Below the pieces are notes generated by a model, which worked only from the letters and a program-made list of their open reading frames with translations, was not told where the DNA came from and did not search any database. A program made the translations under genes and the position numbers. From positions 53,217 to 75,583 of the forward strand of contig VBAP01000005.1 in NCBI GenBank assembly GCA_005882335.1: 22,367 bases of DNA, given 5' to 3'. Of this stretch, positions 18,013-22,367 are shown piece by piece (within the stretch, counting starts at the first letter, position 1; every line of letters starts with the position of its first letter). This stretch comes from Candidatus Segetimicrobium genomatis (GTDB taxonomy: Bacteria; Sysuimicrobiota; Sysuimicrobiia; Sysuimicrobiales; Kaftiobacteriaceae).

Positions 18013-18958
18013 ATGAGAATCCGCAACCTTAAACATTTCTATCCGGCGCTGAGTCTGCTGTTATTCTTAGTCGTGTTCACAACGGCGTGCGACATAGTTT
18101 CGTCGCCTGGGGCTTTCGACTCTCCGTTGTACGTGGCCAACTCCGGCGGCGACAGCATCACCATCTACGCCCCCTTCTCTAATGGCCCCGCCGCTCCTAT
18201 CCGCACTATCAGCGGGCTCACGAGTCCGTCCGGTGTGGCCGTGAACGCCGCGGGGGAAACCTTTGTCGCCAACTCCAGCACTAACAGCATCACAGTGTAC
18301 AGCCTTGGCGCCAACGGCAACGCCGCGCCCATCCGCACAATCAGCGGGCTTCTCACCCAGCTCGACAACCCCCAGGGGATCGCTCTGGATGCCGCCGGCA
18401 ACCTGTATGTCGCCAACGTCGGAACCACCACGCCCCCCACTCCCACCCCCAGTAGCATCACTGTCTACGGCCCTACCGCTACGAACAACGCCGCCCCTAT
18501 CAACAAGATCAGCGGAGCCAGTACCGGGCTCGACCACCCCCAGGGAGTACAGCATCACTGTCTACGGTCCAACCGCGACAGGCAACGCTCCCCCCATCCG
18601 AACCATCAGCGGGGCCAGTACCGGGCTCGCCAACCCTATTGGCGTGGGCCTGGATACCACCGTCAACCTCTATGTCGCTAATGCCGGCGGTACCACCAGC
18701 AGCATCACTGTCTACGCCCCTGGGATCAACGGCGACATGCCCCCTACCCGCACAATCAGTGGAACACTAACCGGGCTCGCCAGCCCACAGGGCGTGGTCC
18801 TCGATCCCACCGGGAGGCTCTACGTCGCTAACAACGGCACCCCACCCAGCATCACCGTGTACACCCCAGGCGCCATGAACAATGCTATCCCCATCCGCAC
18901 CATTACCGGGAGCGCCACTGGGCTCAGTCAGCCACTTTTCATTGCCCTCCGCCCTTAG
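18013..18958 (+). pseudogene. Beta-propeller-repeat lipoprotein (YVTN/NHL-like '...LYVAN.G..SITVY...PIRTISG' blades) with a lipoprotein-type signal peptide (MRIRNLKHFYPALSLLLFLVVFTTAC). The reading frame shifts by +1 at ~18544-18547, in a C5/G3 homopolymer context. The repeat blade at the junction is also about half-length.
   Basis: N-terminal 177 codons are in the frame of track ORF 17335..18681. C-terminal ~137 codons are in the frame of ORF 18263..18958. Both read as the same ~46-aa repeat family. 18013..18958 is 946 nt, which is 3n+1. Confidence 0.6.
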
Positions 18959-19011
18959 AGGACCAGCAACGTGGAGCGCAGCAGGGTCTGGCCGAGTCCA
19001 AGGGCGCAGCA

Positions 19012-19929
19012 GTGAAGATCCTGGTCACCGGCGGCGCCGGATTCATCGGTTCCCATGTGGTCGATGCCTATGTGGGCGCCGGGCACCAGATCGTGGTTGT
19101 CGACAATCTGACCACCGGCCGCCGGGAGCGCGTCAATCCCGCCGCGCAATTGTACGCAATCGACATCCGCAGTCCGGAGTTGCGCGACGTGTTCGAGCGC
19201 GAGCGCCCGGAAGTAGTCAATCACCACGCGGCGCAGGCGTCCGTGACGGCCTCGGTGGCCGATCCCCGCGTTGATGCCGAGATCAACGTGATGGGCACAC
19301 TGCATCTGCTGACGCTGTGTGCCCAATCTCGCGTCCGTCGCTTCGTCTTCGCCTCCACAGGCGGGGCGATCTATGGCAACCCGCAGCGCATCCCCGCAGA
19401 TGAGCAGCATCCCACGACGCCATTATCGCCGTATGGCATCCACAAGCTGGTCGGGGAGCACTATGTCCGCTACTTCGGATCAACGGGGATGACCTGGGCC
19501 ATCCTCCGCTACGCCAATGTGTACGGACCGCGGCAGGATCCGTTCGGCGAGGCCGGCGTGGTCGCCATCTTTACCCGGGCCATGCTGGACGGCAAAGCAC
19601 CGACCATCTTCGGGGACGGCAAGCAGACGCGGGACTTCGTGTACGTTGAGGACGTCGCCCGCGCCAATCTCCTGGCGACGGACGCAACGACGTCCGACCT
19701 GGCCAACATCGGCACCGGCGTGGAGACCTCGGTGAACGACATTGCCCGCCATCTCGCTTCCCTCACCGGCTTCCGGGGCGAACCCTTGCGCGTGGCCCCC
19801 CGCCTCGGTGAGGTGTATCGCATCGCACTAGACGCGTCGAAGGCGAAGCGCTGGCTGAGCTGGGGCCCGCAGACGTCCCTGATGGACGGTCTGCGAAAGA
19901 CCGCAGAGTGGTTCCAGAGTACTCGCTGA
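19012..19929 (+). CDS. NAD-dependent epimerase/dehydratase, extended SDR, UDP-glucose 4-epimerase-like (GTG start).
   Basis: Rossmann motif GGAGFIGSH and active-site YGIHK (Y-x3-K). 305 aa. Confidence 0.88.
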   Translation: MKILVTGGAGFIGSHVVDAYVGAGHQIVVVDNLTTGRRERVNPAAQLYAIDIRSPELRDVFERERPEVVNHHAAQASVTASVADPRVDAEINVMGTLHLLTLCAQSRVRRFVFASTGGAIYGNPQRIPADEQHPTTPLSPYGIHKLVGEHYVRYFGSTGMTWAILRYANVYGPRQDPFGEAGVVAIFTRAMLDGKAPTIFGDGKQTRDFVYVEDVARANLLATDATTSDLANIGTGVETSVNDIARHLASLTGFRGEPLRVAPRLGEVYRIALDASKAKRWLSWGPQTSLMDGLRKTAEWFQSTR

Positions 19930-19932
19930 GCC

Positions 19933-19960
19933 GTGATAAAGTCTGACTTGATACTATAAT
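19933..19960 (+). promoter_or_regulatory. AT-rich sigma-70-like promoter: GTGATA (-35), a 16-nt spacer and a perfect TATAAT at 19955-19960. The TATAAT is 6 nt upstream of the GTG at 19967, so the transcript is likely leaderless.
   Basis: Direct reading. The sequence 'ccgtgataaagtctgacttgatactataatcgaggc gtg' stands out in a high-GC background. Confidence 0.45.
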
Positions 19961-19966
19961 CGAGGC

Positions 19967-20239
19967 GTGGAAAGCAAACTGCTGCCAGGGCAGAATCTGA
20001 TCGAAACGGGTTTGCGGGACCTGGAGCGCGGCCGGGAGTCTGTCCCCGCACTGCTGGTTTCCGTTGGCGCGCCCCGCCTGCGGCGGTTGGGTTTTCGCAT
20101 CCCCCACGCCATCGTGTCCCCTGAGCGCCGCCTGTATGATTTCCTCGCCCGTGACGACTCTGACGCCGCGCACTCACGGTACAACGCGCTGATCCGGCGA
20201 CTCGTGAGCTTCGAACGGGCGGCGGAATGCGCGAGATAG
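19967..20239 (+). CDS. Small hypothetical protein (90 aa), the first gene of a two-gene cassette. It overlaps the downstream gene by 13 nt. It contains an R-x6-H segment (RLGFRIPH) and has no recognisable domain.
   Basis: ORF with GC-rich third positions starting right after the promoter. Its overlap with the next ORF is typical of coupled toxin-antitoxin-like pairs. Confidence 0.45.
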   Translation: MESKLLPGQNLIETGLRDLERGRESVPALLVSVGAPRLRRLGFRIPHAIVSPERRLYDFLARDDSDAAHSRYNALIRRLVSFERAAECAR

Positions 20240-20748
20240 CCGACTCGGATCGCATCCGCCGCTTTATGACTCACCTCGGTGCAGAAGCCGACGCCGAGAC
20301 CCGAGTGTACTTCACAGGAGGGGCGACCGCCGTCCTGCTCGGCTGGCGCCAGAGCACGATTGACGTCGACATCCTCATTGTTCCAGAGAACGATCGCTTG
20401 CTTCGGGCGATCCCGCGGCTGAAGGAAGAGCTCCGAATCAACGTCGAGCTGGCCTCGCCCCAAGACTTCATCCCGGTGCCGCCGGGCTGGGAAAGCCGGA
20501 GCCTGTTCATCGGCAGCGCGGGCAAGATCGCATTCTATCATTTTGACCCGTACGCACAGGCGGTGGCAAAGATCGAGCGCAGCCACGAGCAGGACCTGGA
20601 AGACGTCCAGGCGCTGATCCGGACCGGTTTGGTTGATCGGCGGCGCGCTCTGGAATACTTCCAGCGAATCGAACCGGAACTATATCGTTATCCTGCAATT
20701 GACCCGCGCTCATTCCGGCGGGCGGTGGAAGAAACCTTCCGAGTATGA
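20227..20748 (+). CDS. Minimal nucleotidyltransferase-fold protein (Pol-beta superfamily) with a C-terminal ~80-aa helical extension. 173 aa.
   Basis: Signature FTGGATAVLLGWRQSTIDVDILIV, that is, hG[GS]...x9-13...[ST]xDhDhhh. Followed by a beta-strand/helix segment (RINVELASPQD) typical of NTase cores. Confidence 0.65.
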   Translation: MREIADSDRIRRFMTHLGAEADAETRVYFTGGATAVLLGWRQSTIDVDILIVPENDRLLRAIPRLKEELRINVELASPQDFIPVPPGWESRSLFIGSAGKIAFYHFDPYAQAVAKIERSHEQDLEDVQALIRTGLVDRRRALEYFQRIEPELYRYPAIDPRSFRRAVEETFRV

Positions 20749-20983
20749 TTCCACAAGGCGTCGCGTTGATACGGCTGCTCTATGCAACCGGAAGGGAGGC
20801 GACCCGAATACCGCTACCCACGGGCAGTTCCCGACTAAGAACTGAAGCCACCTGAACCTCCCCAGAACCTGAAAGACCTCCTCGAAGGATCTTCGTTGAC
20901 AGGCTCGGATCGCCATTGCGAGATCCGGCATTCGCGCATTCGTGCGAATACGCGAATGGACTAGGAGTTTACTGTTTGGACGC

Positions 20984-21349
20984 AGCGGGCCATGCTGGAC
21001 GGCAAGGCGCCGACCATTTTCGGGGATGGGAAGCAAACGCGGGACTTCGTGTATGTCGAGGACGTCGCCCGCGCCAACCTGCTGGCGACGACAGCTCCAA
21101 CCTCCGATATGGCAAATATCGGCACCGGAACCGAGACGGCAATCAATGATCTGTACCGACACCTCGCCCAGTTGACCGGATTTGGCGCACAACCCGTATA
21201 TGCGTCCAAGCGGCCCGGTGAAGTCGACCGGATTGCGCTGGATCCCACGCGGGCCGCACGCTGGTTGCAGTGGAAGCCCGCAGACACCTCTGCTCGAAGG
21301 TCTACGCCGAACCGTTCAGGCATTTCAGCGCACGCAATCCCCACGGTAA
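20984..21349 (+). pseudogene. 5'-truncated, frameshifted remnant of a paralogue of the epimerase gene at 19012-19929. It matches the epimerase from codon ~189 to the end. The translation MLDGKAPTIFGDGKQTRDFVYVEDVARANLLAT is identical, and DNA identity is about 90%, with differences mostly at third positions. A 1-nt insertion near 21285 shifts the frame; the alternative frame then reads QTPLLEGLRRTVQAFQ, which parallels QTSLMDGLRKTAEWFQ.
   Basis: Direct comparison of 19574-19929 with 20984-21349. There is no homologous 5' half upstream of 20984. Confidence 0.8.
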
Positions 21350-21479
21350 CGCGCGCCATTGTCTCCCGATCCTCTCCCCGCTGCTGACTCCTCAAACCGA
21401 TCGATCTGCCGGAGAGGGGGTTCGGGGATCGCGATTGAACAGATAAATGGCTCTGTACTTTCAGATCGGGGGGCGTGAC

Positions 21480-21992
21480 ATGAAAGCGTTGCGTCTTCTC
21501 CTCGCAATTGCCTTCATCGTGACAGGAGCCACCCAGTCGTCTGAAGCGGTCGCTCGCCTGAAGCTCATGTCCTGCAAGGACATTGAGTCCGCCGACCTTG
21601 GTTCACAAGGACGTGGGCTCGTCCCTATTTCGTGCGCGAAGGAGTTCTCGGCCACCGATCCTTACGTCGTTTTGATTATTGACGTGCAAAATATCGACTT
21701 CGAAACAGGTGTGATCACAGAGATTCTGGATCCGGGGAGTATCGTCATTCACGCGCATTCATTTGCGATCAAGCCGCCACCGGGAAGTACATGGGCTCAC
21801 TACTGGCGGTGGTTTGTCTTGCCTCTGTCGGCCACTACGGAGCAGCTGGCGAATAAAGGCCCGTCGTTCCTATTCTCGACCGTCGCCGCGAAAGCAACAC
21901 CGCCGATCGCCGAGCGCCTGGGCGAATGGTCATTCGTGGCAACGCTCACATCTGGATCACCCGTGACCCACAAGTTCACATTGCGCCCGTAG
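21480..21992 (+). CDS. Hypothetical secreted protein with a signal peptide (MKALRLLLAIAFIVTGATQSSEA). Lower GC than the core genome.
   Basis: ORF 21447..21992. The internal ATG at 21480 is preceded by a G-rich Shine-Dalgarno-like stretch and gives a canonical n-h-c signal peptide. Confidence 0.5.
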   Translation: MKALRLLLAIAFIVTGATQSSEAVARLKLMSCKDIESADLGSQGRGLVPISCAKEFSATDPYVVLIIDVQNIDFETGVITEILDPGSIVIHAHSFAIKPPPGSTWAHYWRWFVLPLSATTEQLANKGPSFLFSTVAAKATPPIAERLGEWSFVATLTSGSPVTHKFTLRP

Positions 21993-22012
21993 GAGACCCG
22001 CCGGAATTCTGT

Positions 22013-22367
22013 CTAGGGTGCGATGGTCACGTTCACGCTGGTCGTCGCGCCAGCGGAAACTACAAATTGCGCAGGAGTCGTGCCTTTCTTTGCAGTCGGA
22101 ATGATCTTGGAGGCTGTGGCGCAGTAACTTCCGGCGGGCACAGCCGCAAAAATCGCCACGCCCACATTTGGGGGGGTGGGGCTGGTCTGAGCGGTCTGGA
22201 CGACTTGCGTGAGACCTGTGCAGGACGTTGTCCCTAACCACACGATAGCATCGGCCCCGCTGACAGGAAGATTTGTGACGTTGTCGAGAACGGTGACCCG
22301 GATCTGCCCGTAGCTGCTGGCCACCGTTGCGCCAACGGCGGACGCAGCATTGACCACGCCCCAGCCT
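22013..22367 (-). CDS. C-terminal fragment of a beta-rich, probably secreted or cell-surface protein. It is T/S/V/A-rich and Ig-like. Its start lies beyond the window end.
   Basis: Open minus-strand frame running to the window edge, with protein-like composition. Convergent with the preceding gene. Confidence 0.4.
   Translation of the reverse strand, partial: GWGVVNAASAVGATVASSYGQIRVTVLDNVTNLPVSGADAIVWLGTTSCTGLTQVVQTAQTSPTPPNVGVAIFAAVPAGSYCATASKIIPTAKKGTTPAQFVVSAGATTSVNVTIAP

Noticed and set aside
20760-20980. Looked for a tRNA or small RNA gene that would serve as an integration target in the lower-GC spacer after the NTase gene.
   Set aside because: No cloverleaf-compatible acceptor/T-arm pattern such as GGTTCGAATCC could be found. 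Only short inverted repeats, such as CATTCGCG...CGCGAATG at about 20930-20960, were seen.
21366-21416. Weak inverted repeat (CCTCTCC...GGAGAGG) after the epimerase remnant, as a possible terminator.
   Set aside because: Only a 7-bp stem with a ~30-nt loop. Not convincing.

Overview
This is a 22.4-kb window of a high-GC bacterial chromosome (roughly 65-70% GC) with GTG starts, GGAGG-type ribosome-binding sites and at least two apparently leaderless genes. Coordinates for elements I located by hand may be off by 1-2 nt.

The core part, in order, holds:
- the 5' ~1.15 kb of argS on the minus strand, interrupted by an in-frame TAG;
- a minus-strand cell-wall recycling operon (HtrA-type protease, beta-lactamase-fold serine hydrolase, murQ, anmK);
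- all four acetyl-CoA carboxylase subunit genes in one block (accD, accA, accB, accC), with a striking ~118-bp imperfect palindrome made of tandem 9-mers between accB and accC;
- a cytoplasmic NarL-family histidine kinase and response regulator pair;
- an SPFH/stomatin-family gene, bracketed by two clean terminator hairpins;
- an orphan MalK/MsiK-type sugar-ABC ATPase and a PGI/PMI-type SIS-domain isomerase;
- a glycoside hydrolase gene directly followed by a C-terminally truncated MscS-like channel gene;
- a frameshifted beta-propeller-repeat lipoprotein gene;
- an NAD-dependent sugar epimerase gene.

The most interesting part is the right end, about 19,930-22,367. Right after the epimerase stop there is a ~1.05-kb insert. 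It starts with an AT-rich GTGATA-16 nt-TATAAT promoter that sits 6 nt before a GTG, so the transcript is probably leaderless. Two small overlapping genes follow. The second one has a clear Pol-beta-type nucleotidyltransferase signature (GG-x13-S-T-I-D-V-D-I-L-I). After the insert comes a 5'-truncated, frameshifted copy of the last ~115 codons of the same epimerase gene, about 90% identical at the DNA level. This left-intact / right-remnant duplication around a small cargo points to an insertion or site-specific integration event. The cargo looks like an uncharacterised NTase-based toxin-antitoxin or defence-like pair. Lower-GC secreted-protein genes follow.
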